From Vulcanimicrobiota bacterium (GTDB lineage: Bacteria; Vulcanimicrobiota; Vulcanimicrobiia; Vulcanimicrobiales; Vulcanimicrobiaceae): a DNA stretch of 64,000 bases. How positions within the stretch are numbered: the first letter of the stretch is position 1; each line of letters opens with the position of its first letter. The stretch lies in assembly GCA_963795855.1 (NCBI GenBank), contig CAWCIZ010000001.1:640001-704000 (forward strand), read 5' to 3'. The notes under the pieces were generated by a model that ran no database searches, was not told the origin of the DNA, and saw only the letters and a list, made by a program, of their open reading frames with translations. The position numbers were made by a program, and so were the translations under genes. Shown here piece by piece: positions 42,985-54,484 of this stretch.

Positions 42985-43572
42985 ATGAAGACGTATACGC
43001 CCAAGAAATGGGATCTCTCGGGTTTGCAAGGCATTTCCGATGCCACGCTTGAGATGCACTTCGGCCTCTACGAAGGCTACGTCAAAAACACGAACACGCT
43101 GATCGAACTGACCGGCGAGGCGCGGCAAAAAGGCGAAGCAGCCGGCTCGAACCCGAAGTTTGCCGAACTCGTGCGCCGTATGGGCTGGGAATTCAACGGC
43201 ATGCGCCTTCACGAGTATTACTTCGATAATCTCACCAAGAATGCGAACGACGTGAAGTCCGGCCGCCTGTACGACCTGTTGGGATCGAGTTACGGCGATT
43301 TTGAAACGTGGAAAAAAGATTTCTTCGCCGTCGGCGGCATGCGCGGCGTCGGCTGGGCGATCGCGTTTTACGATCCCGCCTCGCAGCAGATCAGCAACCA
43401 CTGGGTGGAGCAGCATCACAACGGAAACCTCGCCGGCTTTCTTCCGATCCTCGTGATGGACTGTTGGGAGCACGCATTCATCAAGGACTACAAGCCGTCG
43501 GAACGCGGAAAATACATCGAAGCGTTCTATGCCAATCTGAATTGGGCGGCGTGCGAAGCGCGCCTACCCTAG
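42985..43572 (+). CDS. Fe/Mn superoxide dismutase family protein
   Basis: Metal ligands in MHFGLY, LHEYYF and MDCWEHAF. Confidence 0.92.
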   Translation: MKTYTPKKWDLSGLQGISDATLEMHFGLYEGYVKNTNTLIELTGEARQKGEAAGSNPKFAELVRRMGWEFNGMRLHEYYFDNLTKNANDVKSGRLYDLLGSSYGDFETWKKDFFAVGGMRGVGWAIAFYDPASQQISNHWVEQHHNGNLAGFLPILVMDCWEHAFIKDYKPSERGKYIEAFYANLNWAACEARLP

Positions 43573-45060
43573 GCGTTCCGGCGAAGCGGGTGCGACGTAG
43601 AGCGATTTGGGATGCGTGTAAAAAACCAGCCCCGGCGCCGCACCCGGACGTTTGCGCACATGTTTGCGCTGCGTGTAATCGACCGTGACCTTCGGACTGT
43701 TCTTCGCTTTCGAATGCAGCGCGGCCAGCGACGCGGCCGTCAAGAGGTCGGCCTCCGGCGCCTGCTCGCGATCGTGACGCTGTAAAATCACGTGCGCGCC
43801 GGGCTGGCTTTGGACGTGAAACCAAAGATCGTCCGGACGCGCGACCCGAAACGTAAGGTCCGCGTTTTCGACGGGCGTTCGACCGACGTAGATGCGCGAA
43901 CCGCTCGGCGTATCGAACTGCAGCGGTTTGCGCTTGCGCGCCGGCAGACGCTGCGGTGACCCTCGCCGCTGCGGTTCCAGCGCGGCTACGGCTTCTGCCG
44001 CGTCGTCGAGCTCCGAATCGGCAGCGCGTTCCACTTCCCACCGCACGTGACCAACGTCCTCGAGCGCTTCGAGCAGCGCGGTTTTGCGCCGTTCCATATG
44101 CGAAAGCGAAGCCGCGGATTTCTTGTATTTTGCGAACAACGCCGCGGCGCGTTCCTTCGCTTCCTCGCGTTTCTCCGGCGCAAGTTCGTGCAGTGTGGCG
44201 TAAACGTCTTCGCCCTCGGCGCGGAGTTGTTCGCGGCCCTGCGCTTCGCGCAGCTTCCCCTCGATTTGCGCCAGCTCGGCGCGCAGCTTCTTCTCGCGCT
44301 CGTTCAACGCGCGCTCCAGCGCATTGCGTCGTTTCACGATCCGATCGCTCTGCTGGGCGTGCGCGTGCGTTTTACGCGCCTCCGACAGTACCGCTAGCAG
44401 CGACGATGCGCGCTCGTGCTCTAAATCGGAGAACTGCTCGAGTTCCGCCAAATGCGCCTGTACCAGTGCCCCATCGCGACGGTAAACGTGCAGGTCGTGG
44501 TCGAGCGGATGCTCCGCCAGTTGGGCGATCCGTTCGTCGTCGAGAAGCGGACTCGATTTGCCCGGACGCAAAGGCGGGGGTTCGTACGCGTCGCCGGCTT
44601 GGATCGAACGAACGGCGTTTTGCGCCGGCGCGAATTCTTTTGCGGCCGCAAGGATACTCTCGTTTTTGAGCAGCACGATGTTGCCGAAGCGCGGAACCAG
44701 TTCGAATACGAGCGCGAGCCGGTCCTCGACCCCAAAGCGTGAACGCGACCCAAACTCCATGCGCAGCAGGCGATCGCCTAGCCGCGAAAGCACCGCCGTC
44801 AGCGTCGTTCCGCGCAGCGCAGCGCAGGCAGCGCGTACGAACCCCGGTTCGATCGCGATGGGCAATTCGCCGGTTTCGAGCGTTATGACGGGCGTGGGTG
44901 CGAAGACGTCCGCACATACCAGGTGTTCGCGGCCCCGCGACCAAAGCGCCAGCGCGAAACGTCCGTCGCCGAGTTGCCCTACGTCGCGGACGCGCGCGCC
45001 CTTGAACTGCTGCGAAAGTTCCAACGCCAACCGCCGGATGAGGAGCCAATCGGTGTACAC
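43564..45060 (-). CDS. Ribosome quality control protein RqcH / NFACT (FbpA family)
   Basis: DRLLRMEF, ELVPRFGNIVLL, coiled coils, IYVGRTPVENADLT, DLWFHV...PGAHV and VDYTQRKHVRK motifs. Confidence 0.9.
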   Translation of the reverse strand: MYTDWLLIRRLALELSQQFKGARVRDVGQLGDGRFALALWSRGREHLVCADVFAPTPVITLETGELPIAIEPGFVRAACAALRGTTLTAVLSRLGDRLLRMEFGSRSRFGVEDRLALVFELVPRFGNIVLLKNESILAAAKEFAPAQNAVRSIQAGDAYEPPPLRPGKSSPLLDDERIAQLAEHPLDHDLHVYRRDGALVQAHLAELEQFSDLEHERASSLLAVLSEARKTHAHAQQSDRIVKRRNALERALNEREKKLRAELAQIEGKLREAQGREQLRAEGEDVYATLHELAPEKREEAKERAAALFAKYKKSAASLSHMERRKTALLEALEDVGHVRWEVERAADSELDDAAEAVAALEPQRRGSPQRLPARKRKPLQFDTPSGSRIYVGRTPVENADLTFRVARPDDLWFHVQSQPGAHVILQRHDREQAPEADLLTAASLAALHSKAKNSPKVTVDYTQRKHVRKRPGAAPGLVFYTHPKSLYVAPASPERLG

Positions 45061-45541
45061 GTCAGCCACTTTTCGCGAAACGGCGCTCGCCGCATTGTGC
45101 TGCGCGGTGCTTCTGACCGCGTGCTCCGGTTCGCGGGGCGGTCCTGCGCACCCGGCCGGTTGGACGCAGCGCGCCCAAGGCCAACCCACCGTCTGGATAG
45201 ATCCGAACGATCCGTCCGAAGAATACCGCGTCACGAGCCGGCCCAATTCCAGCGGCACCTTGAGCGACATGGCATCGCAAGTGACCACCGATACTTTGCT
45301 GCGCTACAAAGGCGCCGAGCTTCGCAAGGCGGTCCCCTTTGGGCCGTGCCCGGGAGAAGCCGGCATCCAGACGTTCTCGCTTCCGGCAGCGACCGGAACA
45401 CTTACGCTCCAGGTGGCGTTCACGCAGTGGAACGGAACTGCGGTGACCGCCGCATACCAGCGGCCCGCGAGCGCCGCCGACGATCCCGCGGCCCTGGAGG
45501 CGATGCGCCGCAGCGTATGCAGCCCCACAATCGGCGGGTGA
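45053..45541 (+). CDS. Hypothetical lipoprotein
   Basis: AGGAG RBS 7 nt before GTG, then a signal peptide ending in the LTAC lipobox and further cysteines. Confidence 0.65.
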   Translation: MYTSATFRETALAALCCAVLLTACSGSRGGPAHPAGWTQRAQGQPTVWIDPNDPSEEYRVTSRPNSSGTLSDMASQVTTDTLLRYKGAELRKAVPFGPCPGEAGIQTFSLPAATGTLTLQVAFTQWNGTAVTAAYQRPASAADDPAALEAMRRSVCSPTIGG

Positions 45542-45609
45542 GTAAAAGGTCTGACGCGGCGGCCCTAGGAACATAACAGGCTTTGCCTGCAGGCGGCCAC
45601 AGGGAGGTT

Positions 45610-46227
45610 ATGTTCGGTCCGGGTCTGCTCTTCGTCGTGTCGGGGCCTTCCGGGGCCGGGAAGGACACTCTCGTGGACGCGCTCGGCGCGCGTATGCCGC
45701 GCGTGCGGTACTCGGTGTCCGCAACGACTCGCGAGCCGCGGTCGGGGGAAATCGAGGGAAGACACTACTTCTTCGTAGACCGCGAGGAATTCGAACGGCG
45801 CCGAGATGCCGGCGGCTTCCTGGAGTGGCGCGAGTACAACGACAACTTTTACGGGACGCCCCGCGATTTCGTGGAGCGCACACTGACCGAAGGCTACGAT
45901 CTGATTATGAAGCCGGAAGTCAACGGCGCCCTCGCAATCAAGCGCGCGTTTCCCGATGCGGTCCTGATCTTCTTGGCTCCGGATCGCTTCTCGAACCTGC
46001 GTACGCGCTTGCTGGCCAGGCGTACGGAAACGACCGAAGAGATCGCGCGCCGGCTCGAAATCGCGCACGACGAATTTCAATTCGTGCGCAACTTCGATTA
46101 CATCGTCATCAACGCGGAATCGCGCTCCGACGAAGCGGTTCGCGATTTGCAGGCAGTCTTGCAAGCGGAGCGGTTTCGGATACACAGATACAGCGACGAC
46201 TCGATAAGGGAATTGGAACATTCATAA
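45610..46227 (+). CDS. gmk: Guanylate kinase
   Basis: SGPSGAGKDT, SVSATTREPRSGE and FYGT motifs. GGAGG RBS. Confidence 0.95.
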   Translation: MFGPGLLFVVSGPSGAGKDTLVDALGARMPRVRYSVSATTREPRSGEIEGRHYFFVDREEFERRRDAGGFLEWREYNDNFYGTPRDFVERTLTEGYDLIMKPEVNGALAIKRAFPDAVLIFLAPDRFSNLRTRLLARRTETTEEIARRLEIAHDEFQFVRNFDYIVINAESRSDEAVRDLQAVLQAERFRIHRYSDDSIRELEHS

Positions 46228-46228
46228 A

Positions 46229-46447
46229 ATGGACGACACGGTTTTCGGCGACTTGGACAGACTTCTGGACCACGTCGATTCTAAATTCAGCTTGGTGAAC
46301 GTGGTGACAAAACGGGCCAAGCAACTCAACAACGGCGCGCCGCCGCTAACCGACCGGGTCAACCCGAACAAGCCGGTTTCCACGGCCTTCAACGAGGTAG
46401 CGATCGGCAAGATTCAATACCACCGCACGCGGGAAGGTATCAAGTAG
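46229..46447 (+). CDS. rpoZ: RNA polymerase omega subunit
   Basis: SKFSLVNVVTKRAKQL and KPVSTAFNE motifs, directly after gmk. Confidence 0.92.
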   Translation: MDDTVFGDLDRLLDHVDSKFSLVNVVTKRAKQLNNGAPPLTDRVNPNKPVSTAFNEVAIGKIQYHRTREGIK

Positions 46448-46524
46448 CGAGCGGAGGGCTCCTCGGCTCGTTCGTCGTGGGGGACACGGAATTGTCGAAA
46501 CGCAGTTTGCGCCAACGCGCGCTA

Positions 46525-46791
46525 GGCCGGAGCGCCTTCAATGACGTACCTGCATGCGCCCACGGGAGACTTTCGCGTTACCTGAGCGGTCTATGCGCCA
46601 TGAGGACTGGGGGCCCCGCCGTTTACGGTGGGGGGCGCGCAGGCTCGGCCGGAGCGCCTTTCAATGACGTACCTGCACCTTTGCGGCGCCCACGGGGAGA
46701 CTTTCGCGTTACCTGAGCGGTCTATGCGCCATGAGGACTGGGGGCCCCGCCGTTCACGGTGGGGGGCGCGCAGGCTCGGCCGGAGCGCCTT
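46525..46791 (+). repeat. Tandem structured repeat (122 bp, 131 bp and a 14-bp partial copy) in the glmS leader
   Basis: Units start with GGCCGGAGCGCCTT at 46525, 46647 and 46778. The units are nearly identical and each contains a long imperfect hairpin. Confidence 0.9.
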
Positions 46792-46796
46792 TTAAC

Positions 46797-48635
<1,839 letters not shown>

Positions 48636-48641
48636 CGACCG

Positions 48642-48992
48642 CTAAGAGCGGGACAGCACCGCCGCGGCGAGCGCGATCTCGACGGCGGCGTCCGCCAAAT
48701 AGATCGGAGATATGCGGCGTCGCGCCGCGTGCGCGATGTCGATGCCGGCGAACGAGAGCGCGCAGAGTACCGCCAGCGTACGAGTTGCAGCAGAAGGCGG
48801 GTCTTCACGAACGCCGAGCGCGATTGCGGCGCCGGCCGTGGCCGCAAGCAGCCCCACCATCTGCACGAGCCACCAATCCGTCTTGGGACCGGTTACCGCT
48901 TCGAACGTGCGGCGGCTGAAGAGCGGCCAAAGTCCGGTTCCCACGTAGTAGGCGCTCTGAACGTGCAGGGCGCTTTGCCGCAAGTTGGGCAT
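48642..48992 (-). CDS. Small hypothetical membrane protein (about 4 TM)
   Basis: QSAYYVGTGLWP...FEAVTGPKTDWWLVQMVG...RISPIYLADA with hydrophobic segments. Confidence 0.7.
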   Translation of the reverse strand: MPNLRQSALHVQSAYYVGTGLWPLFSRRTFEAVTGPKTDWWLVQMVGLLAATAGAAIALGVREDPPSAATRTLAVLCALSFAGIDIAHAARRRISPIYLADAAVEIALAAAVLSRS

Positions 48993-49007
48993 ACTGGCAG
49001 CGTACCC

Positions 49008-49355
49008 ATGGCGAATAAGAAGCAAGTCGAAGACGCGATTTTCGAGTGCGAAGGATTCAGAGTGGAACTCGACCTCTTCGAAGGCAAGAAGAGTTCGCTG
49101 CCCGCGTACGAGTGGCGCGTCATGGCGCCCCAGCGCTGGAAGATCTCCGACTGGAAGAACGCTCGGCTCGAGCCGTACCGGCTGCTTGTGAAAGGAGCGA
49201 CGGTCTTTCGGGGAGACGGTTCGCCGATTCCCAGAGACATGCAACTCGGCAACTTGCGCGACACGTATTACGAAGCGGAGTATGGAGCGGTCGCACCGGC
49301 TTCGTCGGACGACGAACCGGAACGCGCGCCGCGCAAGCATGCTCGTCGAAGTTGA
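49008..49355 (+). CDS. Hypothetical protein
   Basis: Compact ORF (VEDAIFECEGF...WKISDWK...GDGSP...LGNLRDTY) that overlaps the start of the LigD-Pol gene. Confidence 0.65.
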   Translation: MANKKQVEDAIFECEGFRVELDLFEGKKSSLPAYEWRVMAPQRWKISDWKNARLEPYRLLVKGATVFRGDGSPIPRDMQLGNLRDTYYEAEYGAVAPASSDDEPERAPRKHARRS

Positions 49356-50268
49356 CGGGCACCGCATCGACTTCGCGCGCCCCGAGAAATGGGTATGGTA
49401 CGACGTACGCCGCACGATGCTCGACCTCGCAAAATATTACGTTGCGGTGTACCCGTGGATGCAGCCGTACCTCGAGCACCGGCCCGTGGTGTACGAAATT
49501 TACAAGGGTACGGTGAATGGGCCCAGTTCCTTCGAACAGGATCCGCCGCCGGGAACGCCCCGCTGGATAAAGACCGCACGAATTCGCGGCCGGGAACGTC
49601 TCGTCACCTACGTCGTCGTCGACTCGGCTGCAACGCTCGTGCATTTGGTTTCGACGTTCATGGTGACGCTGCACGTGTGGCAGTCGAAAACCGGCGACGT
49701 CGAGCGCCCGGATTTCCTATTGATGGACCTCGATCCGACCGAGGGATGCACGCTCGCGCAGTTGGCGCGCGCAGCGGTTCGCACTCGCGACGTCTTACAA
49801 GCCCATGGCATTCGCTATCCGCTCGTAAAGAGTTCCGGCGCGCGCGGCTTGCACGTCCTCAGCTTCGTCGAGCCGGAGTACGATTATGCAGCGCTTCGCG
49901 AGCTCGCTCGCGAGCTCGCCGGTTTGCTGGCCCGCGAGCACCCCGAGCAATTTACGGCGGAACGCGATCCCCACCGGCGCCCCAACGGCGTCGTGTACGT
50001 GGATTGGGGACAAGTCGGACGCGGTATGACCATCGTGCCGCCGTACTCGCCCCGCGCGTGTGCGGGCGCGCCGGTAAGCATGCCGCTGCAATGGAGCGAG
50101 GTCGAACGCCTGACGCGTTCGCGTTCCCGACGGCCGCCGATCGAGTATTTCAGCCGTTACAGTATCGCCAACGTCGTCGAACTGTTGAAAAAAGACGGAG
50201 ACCCATGGCAGGCGCACCGCCCTGAAAAGACTCTGCTAAGCGCGCGGCAAACGTGCAGGCAGGCATGA
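49339..50268 (+). CDS. Stand-alone LigD polymerase/primase domain (AEP superfamily)
   Basis: [26 protein letters not shown] and [14 protein letters not shown] motifs. Confidence 0.9.
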   Translation: MLVEVDGHRIDFARPEKWVWYDVRRTMLDLAKYYVAVYPWMQPYLEHRPVVYEIYKGTVNGPSSFEQDPPPGTPRWIKTARIRGRERLVTYVVVDSAATLVHLVSTFMVTLHVWQSKTGDVERPDFLLMDLDPTEGCTLAQLARAAVRTRDVLQAHGIRYPLVKSSGARGLHVLSFVEPEYDYAALRELARELAGLLAREHPEQFTAERDPHRRPNGVVYVDWGQVGRGMTIVPPYSPRACAGAPVSMPLQWSEVERLTRSRSRRPPIEYFSRYSIANVVELLKKDGDPWQAHRPEKTLLSARQTCRQA

Positions 50269-50990
50269 CCAGAAGCGATGGACGCCGGCCGGATCAACTG
50301 CGACCCGTTACGATAGAACCGAACTTCATGAAGTTCGCGGAGGGGAGTTGCCTCATTTCCGCAGGACACACGCGCGTCTTGTGCGCGGCTACGATCGAAG
50401 ACAAAGTTCCGCAGTGGATGAAAGGGCGCGGCACGGGATGGGTCACGGCGGAGTACGCGATGCTTCCGCGCGCGACGCAAGAACGTACGCAGCGGGAGGC
50501 GGCTAAGGGGCGGCTCGGCGGCCGCACGCACGAAATCCAGCGGATCATCGGACGCGCCCTGCGTGCGGTCACGGACATGGCGAAGCTCGGTGAGCGAACC
50601 GTCTGGATCGATTGCGACGTGATCCAAGCCGACGGCGGAACCCGAACCGCTGCAGTCACCGGTGCGTGGGTTGCGCTCTCGCTCGCCCTCGCAACGCGAT
50701 TCGAGCGGAAGGAACGCGCGAAATGGCCGCTCGCGGGGCAAATCGCCGCGACCAGCGTCGGCATCGTCGCAGGCCGTCCGCTCCTGGATCTTGCGTACGA
50801 CGAGGATAGCCGCGCCGAAGTGGATATGAACGTCTTCATGACGGACGCCGGCCGATTCACGGAATTGCAAGGCACCGCGGAGGCCACGCCTTTCAGCCGC
50901 GATGATCTCGCTTCCCTGTTGGCTCTGGCCGAAAAAGGTATTCGCGAATTGCTGGAGATCCAGCGCTCGGTGCTTGATGCCGGACGATAG
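50265..50990 (+). CDS. rph: Ribonuclease PH
   Basis: [35 protein letters not shown] and ELQGTAE motifs. Confidence 0.97.
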   Translation: MTRSDGRRPDQLRPVTIEPNFMKFAEGSCLISAGHTRVLCAATIEDKVPQWMKGRGTGWVTAEYAMLPRATQERTQREAAKGRLGGRTHEIQRIIGRALRAVTDMAKLGERTVWIDCDVIQADGGTRTAAVTGAWVALSLALATRFERKERAKWPLAGQIAATSVGIVAGRPLLDLAYDEDSRAEVDMNVFMTDAGRFTELQGTAEATPFSRDDLASLLALAEKGIRELLEIQRSVLDAGR

Positions 50991-51318
50991 CCTGCGCGCA
51001 CTCGTCGCTCGCGTCGCCGAGTTTTACATCACCGATAAACCGATGAAAGCGGCGCAGAAGAAGATGGAAGGCATCCTCGCGAGCGGCGCGGCGGACGAGC
51101 GTGCGGAGCACGATTATCTCGCGGCGGTACGCCGCTATTTTTCAGGCTTCGAAAAAGAAGCGCGCGCGCACCTTCGCGACGTCGACAAACGGCTCGAGCA
51201 CGTCGACCAAGTGCATTTCAACCTCGCGGCCGAGCGCGGCGTAGCGGTGCGGCGAATCGAAGCAACGCAAGGCGTGCTGCAAGAATTGGAGCGTATCGGA
51301 CGTGTTGAACGACGCTGA
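50977..51318 (+). CDS. Hypothetical helical/coiled-coil protein
   Basis: Fills the gap between rph and mlaE and overlaps both. Amphipathic helical pattern. Confidence 0.6.
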   Translation: MPDDSLRALVARVAEFYITDKPMKAAQKKMEGILASGAADERAEHDYLAAVRRYFSGFEKEARAHLRDVDKRLEHVDQVHFNLAAERGVAVRRIEATQGVLQELERIGRVERR

Positions 51319-52126
51319 GAACGCGGCCGGCTTGGTCGAGCGCGCAGGCGTGCGCGGACTCGAGGGAATCGGCCGGCGAATCACCTCGATCTTCGAGTAC
51401 ATCGGCGGCGTAACGGCGCTCGGCGCGGAAACCGCCACGACGATCGGGCGACTGCGCATCCGCTTTGCCGAGACGGTAAACCAGTGCTTTTTGCTGGGCT
51501 ATCAATCGCTCATCATCGTGCTCCTCACCTCACTGTTTACCGGCATGGTGTTCTCGCTGGAATCCGCGGTGCAGGCGGTTCAGTACGGCTTCGGCACCTT
51601 CGTCGGCGGGATCGTTTCGTACACGAATGTTCGGGAACTCGGTCCCATGCTCACCGCCGTCGTGGTGGCCGGACGCGTCTGCGCGGCAATAGCCGCGGAG
51701 ATTGGTTCGATGGTCGTGACGGAACAGATCGAAGCTCTGCAGTCGCTGGGACTCGCGCCGGTTCGCTTTCTCGTCGTGCCGCGCGTGCTTGCGCTCATGA
51801 TCATGCTCCCGCTGCTCACCGTGTTCGCCGACGTCATCGGCGTGCTCGGCGGCGAGTGGATCGCGCACGCGCAGGCGCACATCAGTTACGACGACTTCAT
51901 GTCCTCGGCGCGGCAGACCATCGGATTCGAAGACGTCGTGAAGGGTCTCTTCAAATCCGTGATCTTCGGCATCATCATCGCGCTGGTCGGATCGTATCAA
52001 GGCCTGACGACGACCGGCGGCGCCGCCGGCGTCGGCAAGTCGACGACGAGCGCCGTCGTGACGTGTATCATTCTGATCTTCATCGTCAACTTCATGATGT
52101 CGTACTTTCTGTACGCGGGCGCTTGA
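51302..52126 (+). CDS. mlaE: MlaE-family ABC permease
   Basis: RELGPMLTAVVVAGR, AEIGSMVVTEQIEAL and GGAAGVGKSTT motifs. Confidence 0.93.
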   Translation: MLNDAENAAGLVERAGVRGLEGIGRRITSIFEYIGGVTALGAETATTIGRLRIRFAETVNQCFLLGYQSLIIVLLTSLFTGMVFSLESAVQAVQYGFGTFVGGIVSYTNVRELGPMLTAVVVAGRVCAAIAAEIGSMVVTEQIEALQSLGLAPVRFLVVPRVLALMIMLPLLTVFADVIGVLGGEWIAHAQAHISYDDFMSSARQTIGFEDVVKGLFKSVIFGIIIALVGSYQGLTTTGGAAGVGKSTTSAVVTCIILIFIVNFMMSYFLYAGA

Positions 52127-52881
52127 TGGCAAACGCGATTGCAAGACTCGACGACGTCACGCTCAAGTACGGCGATCGCGTCGTGCTCCGGAATTGCAGC
52201 CTGGACGTCGTGGAAAGCGCGATTACGTGCATCATCGGCATGTCCGGCGCGGGCAAGTCGACGATTTTGCGGCTGCTGGACGGGCTGCGCAAGCCGGACG
52301 CGGGACATGTGTACGTACGCGGGCAGGACATCTGCCATATGCGCGAGAGCGACCTCATCGAGATGCGCACGAAAATCGGCTTTTCGTTTCAGTTCGCGGC
52401 GCTCTTCGACAGCATGACGGTGGGTGACAACATCGCGCTTCCGCTGCGCGAACACACGTCGCTCAGTGAAGATGAAATCCGTGAAGTCGTCGTGCACACG
52501 CTGGCGAGCGTAGGCCTCGAACATACCTACGACAACATGCCCAGCGAATTGTCGGGCGGGATGCTCAAGCGGGCGGGGTTCGCGCGCGCGGTTGTGACCA
52601 ATCCGGATCTGGTGCTATACGACGAGCCGACGACCGGGCTGGACCCGATCGTCACGCATTTGCTGACCGATACGATCAAGCGCCTGCGGCAGCAGCTCAA
52701 CGCGACGGCCGTCGTGATCTCGCACGATTTGCAATCGATCTATCTCATGGCCGACTACATGGCGATGCTTTTCGAAGGCGCCGTCATCGAGTACGGTACG
52801 GTCGAAGAGGTCCGGCGGTCCGCTAACCCCATAGTGCAGCAGTTCCTGCAAGGCTCCGAAGTGGGTCCGATTCCCCTGTAA
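52126..52881 (+). CDS. mlaF: MlaF/Mkl-family ABC ATPase
   Basis: GMSGAGKST, FQFAALFDS, LSGGMLKR and YDEPTTGLDP motifs. Confidence 0.93.
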   Translation: MANAIARLDDVTLKYGDRVVLRNCSLDVVESAITCIIGMSGAGKSTILRLLDGLRKPDAGHVYVRGQDICHMRESDLIEMRTKIGFSFQFAALFDSMTVGDNIALPLREHTSLSEDEIREVVVHTLASVGLEHTYDNMPSELSGGMLKRAGFARAVVTNPDLVLYDEPTTGLDPIVTHLLTDTIKRLRQQLNATAVVISHDLQSIYLMADYMAMLFEGAVIEYGTVEEVRRSANPIVQQFLQGSEVGPIPL

Positions 52882-52931
52882 CCACATGGCACAAAAAAGC
52901 AATTGGCGATTTTAGAGGAATAGGCGCAGTA

Positions 52932-54484
52932 ATGTCCAGACAAGCGCAACTGGGGCTCTTCGCGATCATCGCGCTCGTGCTGCTGTTCGGAATCTTCTAC
53001 GTGATCACGGACTTCGGAACGCGGCACAGCGGATATCGCATCGGCGTGCACTTCGCCTCGGCCGCGGGGCTCCCGACCGGCGCGCAAGTGTTTTTCAGCG
53101 GCGTCACCGTCGGAACGGTCGATCAAGTGCACTGTTGGCGGACAACAGCGTAGACGTCATTCTGGCGATTCAAAACGGCATCAGCATTCCGAAGGACTCG
53201 AAATTTCTGATTCAGGCGCCGCTGACGGGAACGCCGAACATGCTGATCGTCCCGCCGGTGCCGCGGCCGCTGCCGCGCGGATACACCGCGACGCCGCTGC
53301 CGGACTACGCGGTGCTGCCGAAGCAGCGTGCTGCCGATCGAGCAGCAGCCGGTCGGCATCGCGAGTCCCACTATAGCCGATTTGCTGCAGCAAGGTCAGG
53401 GCGAGGTACGCCGTCTGGACTTGATGCTCGCGACGCTGGAAGAGCGGGAGCCGAAGTTACTCAACAACGCTGCAGAGCGCGCTCGCAAACGTGGATTCGA
53501 TGACGACGCGAATTGCGCGGAACCGTGGCCGATCGTATCCGGAACGATGGAGACGACCATGCAGCAGGCCGGCAGCAACATCGTCGGCATGACCGCAACG
53601 CTCAACAATACGATGGGCCGCAATCAGTATAAGATCGACCTGCTGCTCTCGTCGCTCGACAGCACGGCGGTCGCGCTGAACAAGTCGATGGATCAGCTGC
53701 AGAGTCTCGCGACGGATCCGCGTTTGAAGACGAACCTGATATCGACCACATCGAACATTCGCGACCTGACCGGAAACATCGCGGGGCTTACCGGCGACCT
53801 GCGCACGGTCACGGGCAATCCGCAGACGCAAGCGCAACTGCGCGACACGGTCTCGAATTTGGACGCGACGATGCAGAAGGCGGATTCCCTCCTCGGCACG
53901 CTCGGCGGCCGAAGCAGCGTCTACGGCATCGATGCGGGCGCGACGCCGTATCCGGTTCCACGCGGACCGAACTCGCTGCCGCCGCCGGGAACGCAAACGC
54001 CGCGCACCCGCGGGAGCCGCAGGCATCAAAGCCGGCCTTGCAAAGATCGCGGGCAATCTCGCACAAGTGCAACTGCGCCTTGAGTTATCTGAACCAGCAA
54101 TCGGTGAACGGCCCGAGTCCGCTGCTCACGACCGATCGCGGTCCGCAAGCGGACGTCAACGCGATCCTGCTGCCGCGCGGCGGCGTGAGCGCGATGCTCG
54201 GCGCCAACGACATCGGCGGGAAGACGACCTGGAATCTCGCTGGGACCAAAAACTTCGGAAACTTTCACGCGGGCGGCGGCATCCTGTACTCTCAACTCGG
54301 CGTTCTCGGTTCGTATAATGCCGGCAAGGTGGGCGCCGAAACACGCATATACGACTTGCGCCGTCCGACGTTCGACATCTACGGCAACTTCAACGTCGCA
54401 CAGTGGGCGAAACTCTTTCTCGGGGAGCGCGACACCACGCGCGCGGATCGCCGCACCGTGTTCGGATTGCAGCTGCAGTTTTAA
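52932..54484 (+). CDS. MCE (MlaD) protein with a long helical region and predicted C-terminal beta-barrel (frameshifted)
   Basis: N-terminal TM, FASAAGLPTGAQVFFSGVTVGTV, a coiled region, then alternating beta strands ending VFGLQLQF. Joined across frames. Confidence 0.8.

Noticed and set aside
46525..46791. CRISPR array
   Set aside because: The units are about 125 bp, the intervening sequences are nearly identical rather than unique spacers, and no cas genes are present.
46448..46796. Canonical glmS ribozyme
   Set aside because: Only the AGCGCC element is present. The following GRACU P1 start, GACGAGG and the AUCG...CGGCGG core are absent.
46731..46796. 22-aa N-terminal extension of GlmS as the true start
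   Set aside because: GlmS needs Cys1 at the N-terminus (MCGIVG at 46797). The upstream ATG belongs to the repeat.
49339..50268. Phage/plasmid primase or defence-associated Prim-Pol
   Set aside because: The motifs match the cellular LigD-Pol clade, and the neighbours are housekeeping genes with no mobile context.
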